The notes: a model not told the origin generated them from the sequence alone. 64,000 nucleotides of DNA from Gemmatimonadota bacterium (GCA_040389905.1 JAZJZK010000006.1:116892-180891); one strand, 5' to 3'; shown: positions 47,455 to 57,842, counted from the stretch's first letter. Translations and numbers: made by a program.

Positions 47455-48310
47455 GGAGCGCAGCGAAGTAGACGTGCTCGAGATCCGGCTCGGCCGCATC
47501 GAATCCGTTGCCCGGAGATTGATCGCTCAGCACATGGACGATCGAGCGCCCGCTGACGAGCCGAGTGGAGAGGACGGTCATAGCCTCCTGATACGTGGCC
47601 ACCTCACTCCGCTCGACGACCTTGCGCCAGACCTTCCCCTCGAGCCGAGCGACGAGCGCGCCGGGTTCTCCGTGAAGGAGTACCCGTCCCTTCGACAGGA
47701 TGGCCATCCGGCTGCACAGCTCGCGCACATCTTCGACGATGTGGGTCGAGAGGATCACCACCGCGTTCTCACCAATCTCGCACAGTAGATTGTGGAAGCG
47801 ATTGCGCTCCTCGGGGTCGAGCCCCGCAGTAGGCTCGTCGACGATGATCAGCTCAGGATTGCCCAGGAGCGCCTGTGCGATGCCGAAGCGCCGGCGCATT
47901 CCGCCCGAGAAACTTCCGAGCTTGCGCTTCCGGACGTCGTACAGGTTGGTCATGCGCAGGAGTCGTTCGACCGCTTCGCGCCGTTCGACCGGCGACACCA
48001 GCCCTTTCAGAACTGCAAAGTGATCCAACAACGCCTCGGCCGAGATGCCCGGGTAGATGCCCATGTCCTGCGGCAGATAGCCCAGAATCTTACGGACCTC
48101 GTGCTTCTCCTCGAGCACATCCAGGTTGTCGAAGAAAACTCTCCCGGCGTCGACGCCCTGCAGCGTGGCAATCGTCCGCATCAGCGTCGACTTTCCGGCG
48201 CCGTTGGGACCGAGAAGACCGAACATTCCCCTGGGGATCTCGAGCGTCACATCGGTCAGCGCCTGAACACCGTTGCCGTAATTCTTGGAAATGTTGTCGA
48301 TTCTCAGCAT
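47444..48310 (-). CDS. ABC transporter ATP-binding protein
   Basis: GPNGAGKST, FSGGMRRR, IVDEPTAGLD, STH. Confidence 0.95.
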   Translation of the reverse strand: MLRIDNISKNYGNGVQALTDVTLEIPRGMFGLLGPNGAGKSTLMRTIATLQGVDAGRVFFDNLDVLEEKHEVRKILGYLPQDMGIYPGISAEALLDHFAVLKGLVSPVERREAVERLLRMTNLYDVRKRKLGSFSGGMRRRFGIAQALLGNPELIIVDEPTAGLDPEERNRFHNLLCEIGENAVVILSTHIVEDVRELCSRMAILSKGRVLLHGEPGALVARLEGKVWRKVVERSEVATYQEAMTVLSTRLVSGRSIVHVLSDQSPGNGFDAAEPDLEHVYFAALHGG

Positions 48311-48311
48311 G

Positions 48312-49208
48312 TCAGCACTCCGAGTTATGGAGATGCTTTTCGAACCAGTGGTGCGCGTAGGCCTCGTCGCTGAATGCCGCAACTTCCACGTACCCATTTC
48401 GACGATAGAGCGCCTGTGCCTCGTTGAGGCTCCGGTTGGTTTCGAGGCGCAGCAGCGTCACGCCGAGACCAGCGGCCTCTCGTTCGAGAGCGACGAGCAG
48501 ACGACGGCCCACACCGGCGCCGCGTACTTCGCGGGAGACCCACATTCTCTTGATCGAGCCGACACCCGGCTCCGCCACCTTGACCGCGCCGCAACCCACC
48601 GGGTGCCCGTCGAGGCGGGCGAGCAGAAAGACACCGCGCGGACGCCGCAAATCTTCAGAGTCGGCCGGGATCGAATTGCCGACATTGAAGCCAGCCTCGA
48701 AGCGCGTGGCCAACTCCGCGAAGTACTGCTCGAGACACCACCTTGCCTCCGGGCTCTCCGGATCTTCGATGCCGATCCGGGTGAACGACAGGTTGAGCAG
48801 CTTCTCCACTTCCGACATTGCAGTCACGAGACGCGCGCGTTCAATCTCACTGAGTGGCTCCAGGGTCCCTTCCGCAAATCGGTCGCCGAGCCGATCGAGT
48901 TCCTCGAGCTCCGCGAGGCCGGCGATCGTCAGGAATGCACGGCGGCTGCGCAGATCCGATTCGAGGGGGGCGACCTCGATCAGGCCATCCTTTTCAAGGG
49001 AACGCAACAGCCGGCTGAGATAACCGGAGTCGAAATCCAGCCGAGCGCGAAGCTCGCGAATATCCGCGCCCTCGCTTCCGATCTCGAACAGCAACCGCGA
49101 CTGCGCGATCGGGCGGTCGCGGCCGAGGAAGCGGTCGGTGAACACGCCAACCCGGAGGGTGAGCGCGCGGTAGAAGCTGCGGACGGTCGGGACCGGGTCG
49201 TGCGACAT
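48312..49208 (-). CDS. Bifunctional MarR-HTH / GNAT N-acetyltransferase
   Basis: DSGYLSRLLRSLEKDGL; IKRMWVSREVRGAGVGRRLL; LETNRSLNEAQALY. Confidence 0.92.
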   Translation of the reverse strand: MSHDPVPTVRSFYRALTLRVGVFTDRFLGRDRPIAQSRLLFEIGSEGADIRELRARLDFDSGYLSRLLRSLEKDGLIEVAPLESDLRSRRAFLTIAGLAELEELDRLGDRFAEGTLEPLSEIERARLVTAMSEVEKLLNLSFTRIGIEDPESPEARWCLEQYFAELATRFEAGFNVGNSIPADSEDLRRPRGVFLLARLDGHPVGCGAVKVAEPGVGSIKRMWVSREVRGAGVGRRLLVALEREAAGLGVTLLRLETNRSLNEAQALYRRNGYVEVAAFSDEAYAHHWFEKHLHNSEC

Positions 49209-49286
49209 TGTCTGACTTTAGTCAGACAAGTGTGTGTGGTCAAGGTCTGTGTGTCGCCCACGTTCCCGCTCTCTAGCGCAACGTGG

Positions 49287-49319
49287 GCAATGAGCGGGAG
49301 CGCTCAGCCATGCTCAGGT
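49287..49319. repeat. Short partial GAGC element (copy F)
   Basis: GCAATGAGCGGGAGCGCTCAGCCATGCTCAG. Confidence 0.4.
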
Positions 49320-49320
49320 C

Positions 49321-50079
49321 TCACATAAATACATATCGCGGGTACGTCCCTCGCGCGGCGATCGGTGCATTCAGATCGATGTCGACCGTAGCGAACGGCT
49401 CCTCCCGCGTCGTGGTTGCCAGCAGCTCGCCGTCGGGACTAACGATCCATCCTGTTCCGCCGCAGGCACCCGTCGGGTCCACGCGGTTGGACGAAAGACT
49501 GAAGGCGCCCGATCGCACCGCTGCGACCACCCCAACGGCCAGCCACTTCGCAGTAGTAGCCGCGGTCGCGCGCGGCGACAGGATGGCCTGCACGCCACAT
49601 CGCGCATACACACCATAGTTCTCAACCGCCCACAACTCCGTGCAGATGTTGAGCGCAAACGACAACGCGCCCACGTGATGCACAGGAAAGTCCGCGTCGC
49701 CCGGTTCGAACCAGTTCGCCTCCCAACCACCGGCTTCATCGGGGAGGAAAAACTTGCGACGCAAGGGCACCACTTCGTCGGTGGCAGAAGCCACGTACCC
49801 CTGATTGAATCGTCGTGATTCGATCGTGACCGGGCGCGTACCGACGACGTACGTCGCGTGTAGCTCCGGAAGTCGAGCGAGCCAGCATTCCCCGAGTGAC
49901 TCTGCGGCGCTCCAGCGGGCCAGGCCAAAGTGCTCAGACTCCCACACCGGCTCGACCATCGCGAACTCGGGCAGCAAGACGAGCTCCGACGCGTGGCGTG
50001 TCGTGTGTTCGCACAAAGCCGACCAGGCAACCATCAGCGCAACGGGTTCGTGCGGAAGTTCACAAACGGTAACGCGCAT
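49321..50079 (-). CDS. Carbon-nitrogen hydrolase (nitrilase superfamily)
   Basis: Catalytic triad motifs LVLLPE, RRKFFLP, NICTELW. Confidence 0.9.
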   Translation of the reverse strand: MRVTVCELPHEPVALMVAWSALCEHTTRHASELVLLPEFAMVEPVWESEHFGLARWSAAESLGECWLARLPELHATYVVGTRPVTIESRRFNQGYVASATDEVVPLRRKFFLPDEAGGWEANWFEPGDADFPVHHVGALSFALNICTELWAVENYGVYARCGVQAILSPRATAATTAKWLAVGVVAAVRSGAFSLSSNRVDPTGACGGTGWIVSPDGELLATTTREEPFATVDIDLNAPIAARGTYPRYVFM

Positions 50080-50100
50080 GAATTGCGTGTCTTGTTGGAG

Positions 50101-52161
50101 TTACCAGATTCTCACCCGCGACTTCGGCTCGAGGTACAGCCGCTGGCCCGGACGCACGTCGAATGCATCGTACCATGCATCGAGATTGCGGACGGTATTG
50201 AAGCGGTACATCTCGGGCGCGTGATCGTTGGTGAGTTGTGTGCGCATAGATCCATCACTCAGCTTCGCACGCCACGCCTGCGCGAACGCGATGAAGAACT
50301 CTCGGTCGTGATCGCGAACGTACTGCTTATCCCTAACCCTATTGCCAAGCGAGAGACGGTACGCATCGAACGCCGCCGCGAGACCGGCGAGATCCGCGAT
50401 ATTCTCACGCAGCGTGAGCCGCCCGTCTACGGCTGCATCGGGAAAGGGACGGTAACTGGAAAACTGCTCGGCGAGCGGATTGGTTATCGCCTCATAGCGC
50501 GACGAGTCTTCGGCTGTCCACCAGCGGCGCATCGCACCGTTGACCTGGTATTCCGCGCCGAGCACGTCGACATAGTGCGTCACATCGTGGGCGATGATCG
50601 CGCCGATTGCGCCGTAACTCGCCGCGTCCGACGCCGTCGCATCGAACTTTGGCGGTTGAAGGAGAGCGGCCGCGAAGGTGTAAGCATTCTGCTGAAACAC
50701 GAGGAGCGCACCTGCTCGTTGTGGTGCGATCCACCACTCCTTCATGTCAACCGGCTTGCCGAGTCGCGCCAGCGCGCGCCGGTCGTTGCGCTCCCGAACA
50801 CGACGGAGATTGCCCGCGGCATCACTTGGATCGATGGTGAGATCGGAATAGTCCTGCCACTGTTCGGGGTAACCGATTCCGACATACAACGCGTGCAGCT
50901 TGGCCAGCGCGATCTTCTTTGTCGCAGGCGACATCCACGTCGCGGCTTCGAGTCGCTTGATGAACGCCGCCGTGACGTTGTCGGCAATGCGCTGCACATG
51001 GGCCTTCTGCGCGGCGGGGAAGTATCGCTCGGAATACAGCCGGCCGATGGCGTCACTCATCGCCAATTGCGTGGCGTCGAGTGCACGCTGTTCGCGCGAG
51101 GCTTGCGATTGACCACCCATCGCAGCGCGCAGCGCCACCGCGCTCTCCGACACGGCGCGCGGCAACACATCCGCATACTCGGCGACCACATGAAAGCGCA
51201 GGTAGTCCTTCCACGCTTCGAGCGGTTGTGCTGCGATCAAGGCGGCGACACCGGTGAGCGCGGAGGGCTGCCATGCGACGAAGGACTTCTGTTGTGCCAA
51301 ACCCGCCGCGTCAAGGAACGCAGACCAGTCGATACCAGGCGCGCGGCGTGCGAAGTCCGCGCGTGTCCACACCGTGTCCGCGTTGTGGTCGTTCGCTGAG
51401 CGCTCGGGTGTGCCGTGACTCTGCGCAATTGCCGTCTCGAGTGCCAACACCGCATCGGCGCGCTGGTCGGCTCGGTCGACGTTGCCGAAGGCAAGCAGAC
51501 CCTTGATGTAGTCACGGTAGGTCTTTCGCAGCGACTGCATGCGCGGATCAGCGCTGAGGTACCTGTCGCGATCCGTGAGACCGAGCCCGCCTTGCAGCAG
51601 AAACGCCACGTACGTCTTCTCACCGTGAATGCTCGGTTCCACCGACAAGCCCAACAGACTGGACGACTCGTAGACTGCCCAGTTGAGCGGGTCGACGTCT
51701 GCGCGCACGCGGTGCCCCAGTGCGCGAGTGAGCGTGCCCTTGTCGGTGATAGACTCGATGCGTTCGAGCTGCGCCTTGATCGGCGAAACGCCTCGCGCTT
51801 CGATCGCCCCTTCGTTCAGCCATGCGGCGTGGAAGTCGGCTACTTTGCGCGCGGTCGATCCCCGAGGCGCGCTGCGCGCCTCATCGAAGACGCGCGCAAT
51901 GCGCTGACGCGTCAGCTCATTGGTCTCATCGCGGGCGCCCCAGCGTTCCTTTCCTTGTGGAATCTCGGTTGCCTCGAGCCAGGCCCCGTTCGCGTAGGCG
52001 AAGAAATCGTCACCCGGCTTGATGCTGGCGTCAACGGACCGTTCGAGCGGAGACGCTCTTCCTGGGCCGTGCGATTGCGCGTACAGTGCGAGCGACGAAC
52101 AGAACGAGACGGCCACGACAAACACCGACATCTGCGTCGTGCGCGTTGGATTGACGTGCAT
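50101..52161 (-). CDS. M13 (neprilysin/PepO-like) peptidase homologue with altered active site
   Basis: PGDDFFAYANG, IGYP, LLQPPKFD, YGAIGAIIAHDVTH, ENIADLAG, VRNLDAWYDAF. Confidence 0.88.
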   Translation of the reverse strand: MHVNPTRTTQMSVFVVAVSFCSSLALYAQSHGPGRASPLERSVDASIKPGDDFFAYANGAWLEATEIPQGKERWGARDETNELTRQRIARVFDEARSAPRGSTARKVADFHAAWLNEGAIEARGVSPIKAQLERIESITDKGTLTRALGHRVRADVDPLNWAVYESSSLLGLSVEPSIHGEKTYVAFLLQGGLGLTDRDRYLSADPRMQSLRKTYRDYIKGLLAFGNVDRADQRADAVLALETAIAQSHGTPERSANDHNADTVWTRADFARRAPGIDWSAFLDAAGLAQQKSFVAWQPSALTGVAALIAAQPLEAWKDYLRFHVVAEYADVLPRAVSESAVALRAAMGGQSQASREQRALDATQLAMSDAIGRLYSERYFPAAQKAHVQRIADNVTAAFIKRLEAATWMSPATKKIALAKLHALYVGIGYPEQWQDYSDLTIDPSDAAGNLRRVRERNDRRALARLGKPVDMKEWWIAPQRAGALLVFQQNAYTFAAALLQPPKFDATASDAASYGAIGAIIAHDVTHYVDVLGAEYQVNGAMRRWWTAEDSSRYEAITNPLAEQFSSYRPFPDAAVDGRLTLRENIADLAGLAAAFDAYRLSLGNRVRDKQYVRDHDREFFIAFAQAWRAKLSDGSMRTQLTNDHAPEMYRFNTVRNLDAWYDAFDVRPGQRLYLEPKSRVRIW

Positions 52162-52327
52162 CTGGAACCTCTCGATGGCAGGGCGACACCGCGAAGGTAG
52201 AAACGTCGCGACCATCCGGCGCATCAGGGAAAGACGACTTTCGATCACTTTCGGACATTCACGCAACGAGGGTATCCCGTCATCTCCCTGCGCGACGTAT
52301 GCTTCGGTGTCTACCCAATGTCCGACA

Positions 52328-53338
52328 ATGATCACACGCGCACACCTGGTCGACGTTCTGTTCGTTATCGTCCCCCATTCGCTCCTCCTTGACATTGCAG
52401 GGCCGGCGGAGGCGTTTCGCCTGGCGAACCAGCATCGCGAGCGGCGCGGTCAGCCGCCGCGCTTTCGCCTGCGCTTTGCGAGTCACGACGCATCGCTCTC
52501 CACGTCGGTCGGCCTATCGATTGCCGGGCTGATTCCCCTGCCGAGGCGACTCACCGTGCCGACGTGGGTGGTGGTGGTCGGTCAACCGACTGTGCATACG
52601 CGGGAGGCGACGCCTTCGGTCGTCGCGACGGCGCGGTGGCTGAACGACCACTTGCACGGTCCGCTGTTCGACGTAGATACGCCGCATCGCCTGCTGACCA
52701 TCTGTTCCGGGACTCTCCTCGCGGCGCGAGCCGGCCTACTGGGGAGACGGCGGTGCACGACGCACCACGAGCTCCTTGCAACGTTGAAGACGCTCGCGCC
52801 GGAGGCGCAGGTGATCGACAACCGTGTCATCGTCGTCGATGGGCCGCTCGCATCGAGTACCGGCATAACCGCGGGCATCGACATCGCCTTGCATCTCATC
52901 GCCGAGGAGTGTGGCGACGCGCTTGCTGCCAGTGTGGCCGAGGATATGGTGGTGTACCTGAGACGCTCGCCGAGTGATCCGGAGCTGTCGCCCTTTCATC
53001 TGCACCGCCGGCACCTGCACGCCACCGTCCATCGGGTGCAGGACGCGGTCATCACTCGGCCGGAACGCGATTGGGATATGGCGTCACTCGCGTCGGTGGG
53101 GAATACCACGGAACGCCACCTCCTTCGACTATTCATCGAGCACGCCTGCGTGTCGCCGTTGAACTACCTGCGCATGATTCGGCTCGAGCGCGCGCGGCAA
53201 TCGCTCGAATTCGGAGCGACAGTGACGCGCGCGGCGGAGGTGGCGGGGTTCAGGTCGGGGTTACAACTGCGGCGGGCGTGGCGGAGTCAGTGGGGGGGAT
53301 CGCCGCGGGATGCGACGAGGACTTCATCTAAAGGCTAG
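52328..53338 (+). CDS. GlxA-type AraC regulator (DJ-1/PfpI + HTH)
   Basis: DIAGPAEAFRLAN, ICSGTLLAARAGLL, CTTHH, STGITAGID, AraC HTH C-terminus. Confidence 0.92.
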   Translation: MITRAHLVDVLFVIVPHSLLLDIAGPAEAFRLANQHRERRGQPPRFRLRFASHDASLSTSVGLSIAGLIPLPRRLTVPTWVVVVGQPTVHTREATPSVVATARWLNDHLHGPLFDVDTPHRLLTICSGTLLAARAGLLGRRRCTTHHELLATLKTLAPEAQVIDNRVIVVDGPLASSTGITAGIDIALHLIAEECGDALAASVAEDMVVYLRRSPSDPELSPFHLHRRHLHATVHRVQDAVITRPERDWDMASLASVGNTTERHLLRLFIEHACVSPLNYLRMIRLERARQSLEFGATVTRAAEVAGFRSGLQLRRAWRSQWGGSPRDATRTSSKG

Positions 53339-53417
53339 TGGAGGTGTTGCCCAAGGACCGTGCTATCGATACGCGCGAAACGCCTAGTGCGTAACGTGTA
53401 GTAGCCTCAGCCGACAC

Positions 53418-55565
53418 TCACGGAATCGCGTCGCAGCGCGGCTTGGTTTTGTCGGTGGGGCACGACACGGCCTGGTAGTATCGAAGGTCATGCGCCGGCT
53501 TCTCGTACAGTGCCGGAATCGGCTGCTTCGAGAGAGTCTGGAAGTACAAGAGTTCCGCATCGCGCCACCAACGCGCTTCCTTTTCCTGGATGGCAAGGAA
53601 CGATTGGACCTCGGCAAAGCGGTCAGGGTCGATCGTGCCCTGCACACTGTTCCACGATCGCTGCATCGACCGTACCGAATCCACACCGGCGTTCATCCTC
53701 GCGACCAACTCATTCCAGAGCGACCGGCCTGACTTCATCCTGTGCGTCCACGGTACGTGATGAAACCACAGCAGGTTCGAGTCGGGCACCGTCGCGAGAC
53801 TTTCGTATTTGTCGCGCACGGGCGCGAAGTACTGATTCACCTGCTTGCTCCCCGTAGCCGTGCGATCGAAGCCAATGCCGAGTGAATCGGCACGGTGATA
53901 CTCGTTGCGACTCTTCGTCCACGGTGCGGGACCATAGTGCCCCGACGAGATGAGCAGGGTCAGCCCCAGTGGTGTCGTGTAGTTCACCACCGCCTCGCGC
54001 GAGATCATCATCATGTGAACGATTGTCGCCACCGCCGCGGGACGGGTGGTGAACGTCGCACGAACCCATTCATCGGCGACCTTCGCGGAGCTCATCTCAG
54101 GATCCCACGCCAGACGACCGAATGAATACCAGTTCGCCTGATTGAAGTGAGAGCCAGTCCAGTTCGCGTCGGTGCCGACATTGGCCACGCCGCTGATTCC
54201 CGTGCGCGTGTAACCGTGCAGCGAGCCATCGATCACCTTCGCGACGGTCGAGCCTTTTCCCCTCGCGTATGTGTCGGCCCTGAGCACTTCTTCGAACTCG
54301 GCACCGAGGTACACGAGGTGGGTATCCTGCCCGAGGTACTCCTTGGTGATCTGGAATTCCATCATCAGCGGAGTCTTCGGCATGGCACCAAAGAGCGGAT
54401 GAAAGGGTTCACGCGGCTGGAAGTCGAGGGGACCGTTCTTCACCTGGAGGAGTGCGTTCGCAGCGAACTGCCCGTCGAGCGGCTTGAACTCGTCATAGGC
54501 CTGTCCAATGCGATCGGTGGGCGCCTTGCCGCTGTACACGAACGCCCGCCACATCACCAGGCCGCCGTGCGGCGCGAGCGCCTCGGCGAACATGTTCGCG
54601 CCGTCGGCGTGCGTGCGCTTGTAGTCCTGTGGTCCCGGCTGACCTTCCGAGTTCGCCTTGACGACGAAGCCTCCGAAGTCCGGTATGACAGCATAAATCT
54701 CGTCGATCTTTTTCTTCCACCAGTCGCGAACGGCGGGGTCGAGTGGGTCCGCTGTCTTGAGGCCACCAATTTCGATGGGCGCGCTGAAACGTGCGGACAG
54801 GAATACACGCACGCCATATGGCCGCAACACACCGGCAATCGCCGCGACCTTGGGCAGGTACTCCGCCGAGATGAATTTGGCGTTGGAGTTGACGTTGGTG
54901 AGCGCGGCGCCGTTGATGCCGATCGAGGCGTTGGCGCGCGCGTAGTCCTTGTACCGCGCCGACAACGTGTTCGGTAATGCGTCCCACTCCCACAGCGACA
55001 ATCCCGCGTATCCACGCTCGACGCTGCGGTCGATGTTGTCCCAGTGGTCGAGCATGCGGAGCTGAATTTTCGGCGCGCTGAGCACGTTCAATGAGCCGAT
55101 TCCATGCTCCGCTTGCAACTCGCGCAGGAAGGCAAATGTGCCGTAAAGCACTCCGATGTCGGAGTTCGCTGCGATGACGATGGTGTGCCTTCCAGCCATC
55201 GAGACAGTGCGGATGAGGTATCCCTCTGGCCCGGCAGCGGTGAGCGCGCGCGCGAGGCCGAGCGCGGCGACCTGCGCCGAGGTTGCCGGTGTGCCGACGA
55301 TCAACGTGCCGTCGCGAACACTGTCGACACGCGGAACAGACCGCCCAAGAATGGCGCGCAATCCCCGAGCGAGTTCCTCACTGGCCGCCGAGAGCGTCGG
55401 CGAGCCGGTGGCGGCGCTGACGCCGCTGAGCGCCCTTCTGTACTCGGCGAGTCGGGCCGGGTTGCTCGTCAGCCGATAGCGGAGCCAGAGCTCGGAACCA
55501 TCCTCGGCCTTGGCGGAAATTGATGCGAAGGCGAGCATTGCCGAAACGAGCGGTGCCAGGCGCAT
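53418..55565 (-). CDS. aguA: Alpha-glucuronidase (GH67)
   Basis: AEDGSELWLRY, HWDNIDRSVERGYAG, VKANSEGQPGP, QVKNGPLDFQPREP, EFQITKEYLGQ. Confidence 0.95.
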   Translation of the reverse strand: MRLAPLVSAMLAFASISAKAEDGSELWLRYRLTSNPARLAEYRRALSGVSAATGSPTLSAASEELARGLRAILGRSVPRVDSVRDGTLIVGTPATSAQVAALGLARALTAAGPEGYLIRTVSMAGRHTIVIAANSDIGVLYGTFAFLRELQAEHGIGSLNVLSAPKIQLRMLDHWDNIDRSVERGYAGLSLWEWDALPNTLSARYKDYARANASIGINGAALTNVNSNAKFISAEYLPKVAAIAGVLRPYGVRVFLSARFSAPIEIGGLKTADPLDPAVRDWWKKKIDEIYAVIPDFGGFVVKANSEGQPGPQDYKRTHADGANMFAEALAPHGGLVMWRAFVYSGKAPTDRIGQAYDEFKPLDGQFAANALLQVKNGPLDFQPREPFHPLFGAMPKTPLMMEFQITKEYLGQDTHLVYLGAEFEEVLRADTYARGKGSTVAKVIDGSLHGYTRTGISGVANVGTDANWTGSHFNQANWYSFGRLAWDPEMSSAKVADEWVRATFTTRPAAVATIVHMMMISREAVVNYTTPLGLTLLISSGHYGPAPWTKSRNEYHRADSLGIGFDRTATGSKQVNQYFAPVRDKYESLATVPDSNLLWFHHVPWTHRMKSGRSLWNELVARMNAGVDSVRSMQRSWNSVQGTIDPDRFAEVQSFLAIQEKEARWWRDAELLYFQTLSKQPIPALYEKPAHDLRYYQAVSCPTDKTKPRCDAIP

Positions 55566-55688
55566 GACAGGAACGAAGGGGGTGGACTTGCCGGGACATT
55601 CGTTCGCAAGTTAACCCCAGAATAGATCGATCAGGATGGAGACCACTTTCGCCGACGGGGTCATGTCGCATCCTCAAATCGCAGGCCT

Positions 55689-56096
55689 GTGGTGATTGTT
55701 CGGGTATTCGGCCGGCGAGCGCTCGTCATCGTCGCGCTGCTTGTTGCGCCGCGTTGGTTCGTTCCGACGCCCACGAACGCGCAGGCAGAGTCCGCAATCC
55801 GTGCGTATTGGGGTCGCCAAGCGAGCGCGGAGTGGATGCCTCGAATGCAATCGGCGCCTCCGGAATCAGCGCGCGCGACTGCCGCGTCGATGGGAGACGC
55901 CATGCGCGATGCGCGCGAGCGAACGATCGTAACCCTGGCGGTACGGCGCTCGATCATTGGTCCACCCTTCGCGTCGCGATGGACATACTATGTCCGCCTC
56001 AAGAGGGCGACGAGCAGCGGCTACGAGTACTTCAGGATACGCGGCGGATACGCCTCTCCGGAGAGCCGGGCGTCGTGGAGGGTGCCGCTATTCTGA
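55689..56096 (+). CDS. Hypothetical protein
   Basis: ORF with N-terminal hydrophobic segment; no family recognised. Confidence 0.45.
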   Translation: MVIVRVFGRRALVIVALLVAPRWFVPTPTNAQAESAIRAYWGRQASAEWMPRMQSAPPESARATAASMGDAMRDARERTIVTLAVRRSIIGPPFASRWTYYVRLKRATSSGYEYFRIRGGYASPESRASWRVPLF

Positions 56097-56140
56097 CGAC
56101 GAGCGACGGCCGGCTGATCTTCCGACGAGATTCGCGCACC

Positions 56141-56686
56141 ATGACACGAATCCTTTCGATCATCGCGTTCGCGCTGTCGTCCCTGGTCGCGTACGAGCTG
56201 GTCACGGGACGGCGTTTCGGTGACGGCATTGGCGGCGCGGTCGCGGGCCTGGTAACCGTGAGCCTCTGTGCGCTCGTCAGCTACGAAGTCTCGTGGTTCG
56301 AATTCGACCCACGGGCGGCCACGGTCACCTACCGGCGCCAGTGGGCATGGCGCCGGTACGAAGGCACGCTGCTGTTCGCGGACATCGAGAGCGTGGTTGC
56401 GGAGTCCGCGATTGGCGACGGACCAGTGGCGCACCGCCGCCTGGTGTTGCGGTTGCGTAATGGAACGGGGGTGCCGCTGACGGCGGGCTACGCCGCCGAC
56501 GGAGGAGAGGCGATGGCTATGGCAGCGGCGATACGCGCCGCGCTCGGCAGCGAGCCGCTGCCGACGGCGATTGATCGCGCGCGGGTGATGGCTCGGGCGG
56601 GGCGGACGATGGAAGCGGTGCGCGAGCTGAGGCTCGGGACGGAGTTGTCGCTCGAAGAGGCGATGAGACTGGTGAAAGAGCTATGA
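56141..56686 (+). CDS. Hypothetical membrane protein (PH-like region, L7/L12-C-like tail)
   Basis: Two TM segments; C-terminal GRTMEAVRELRLGTELSLEEAMRLV. Confidence 0.65.
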   Translation: MTRILSIIAFALSSLVAYELVTGRRFGDGIGGAVAGLVTVSLCALVSYEVSWFEFDPRAATVTYRRQWAWRRYEGTLLFADIESVVAESAIGDGPVAHRRLVLRLRNGTGVPLTAGYAADGGEAMAMAAAIRAALGSEPLPTAIDRARVMARAGRTMEAVRELRLGTELSLEEAMRLVKEL

Positions 56687-56830
56687 GCAACTCGGAGCTT
56701 TGAGCTCGAGCTGGAGGGTGAGCTGACAGCTTGAGCACGAGCGGGAGCGTGAGCGTTGAGCAATGAGCAACTCAGAGCTTGAGCCTTGAGCAATGAGCAA
56801 ACAGAGCTAAGCTCGAGCCTGAGCGCGAGA
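56678..56830. repeat. GAGC-rich dispersed element, copy G
   Basis: Core variant 56678-56698 (2 mismatches), exact core 56758-56778, partial core 56788-56807. Confidence 0.9.
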
Positions 56831-56910
56831 TACTGGCCTCGAAATAGAAAGCTTCGCCGCGCGGTAAAATGGTGACGGGCGCGCGGCGCACGCATGCGAA
56901 ATTCCCTGCC

Positions 56911-57264
56911 ATGACTGACTTCCGAAAACTTCAGGTATGGCAGAAAGCCCATGTGCTTTCGCTCGAATCCGCCGCGTTCGCCAGACGGCTCGCACGAAGG
57001 CGCCGCGGACTGGCCGATCAGATCACGCGCGCCGCTGATGCGATACCGTCGCACATCGCAGAAGGTCGCGGAAGTTCAACCGACCTCGATTTTGCGCGCT
57101 ACATGACGATGGCAATCAAGGAGGCCAATGAGTTGGAGTCTCACCTCCAGCGCGCGGTCGATAGCAAACTGTGCGCAGAGGGCGAGCACGCGACGCTCAC
57201 AGCCGCCACGGTCGAAGTTCGCAAGATGCTGATCGGGCTCCGAAAACGATTGTTGCAACCGTAG
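56911..57264 (+). CDS. Four-helix-bundle protein (23S rRNA IVP / bAvd-like family)
   Basis: FRKLQVWQKAH...LADQITRAADAIPSHIAEGRG...DFARYMTMA...ELESHL...EVRKMLIGL. Confidence 0.9.
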   Translation: MTDFRKLQVWQKAHVLSLESAAFARRLARRRRGLADQITRAADAIPSHIAEGRGSSTDLDFARYMTMAIKEANELESHLQRAVDSKLCAEGEHATLTAATVEVRKMLIGLRKRLLQP

Positions 57265-57389
57265 GTGACTTCGCAACAGGTGTAGCAAGCCGCCGACGCG
57301 GCGCCGCATATTCGGCGAACGTCCGCCAGCACCGAAAAGAAGGAGGAAAGTCGCGGCGAAGCGCGGCGCGCGCGAGCAACCCGCGTCGA

Positions 57390-57835
57390 CCCCTTCTCAT
57401 TATCGGCGCGTGCGCTCCCGTACGTCGTCGCGATTGTTCTCGGCGCGCTGTTGATCGTCGCGGGTGTCATCAGTGCCTCCATTCGCAACGCGGTTGGCGA
57501 CGGGCATGCGACGACGCGAGGCGAATCGGCCGGCGTTTCCCCGGTGGGGTGATCGTGTTTCATGCCTCGAATCGGTTCCGGGCGCTTGCACCAGTGGTGG
57601 AACAGCTCGCACGCAACGTGGGCGTGCAGGCGGTTCTCGTTACCAATCCGGAGGATGTGACCGCAGAGTCCTCGAATCGGAGTGGGTGCCGGTCACGGCA
57701 AATGCCGAGTGTCTCGCGGACCCGGCGGTGGCGCGCGCGCGGAAACCAATCGACGTGCTGGCTGGGCTGCGCGCTTGGACGGACGACTACAGCAGCCTGT
57801 TCCCGATCATGAAGATTTCGCAGCGGGGCTTCTAA
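57390..57835 (+). pseudogene. Frameshifted C-terminal remnant of spermidine-synthase-like (fused MFS/SpeE) membrane protein
   Basis: PGGVIVFHASNRF..LAPVVEQLA in one frame; SEWVPV...WTDDYSSLFPIMK in another; N-terminal part missing. Confidence 0.65.
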
Positions 57836-57842
57836 CGCCGAT

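Noticed and set aside
56911..57264. Diversity-generating retroelement or 23S rRNA intervening sequence
   Set aside because: No reverse transcriptase, no TR/VR pair differing at adenines, and no rRNA sequence seen in the window
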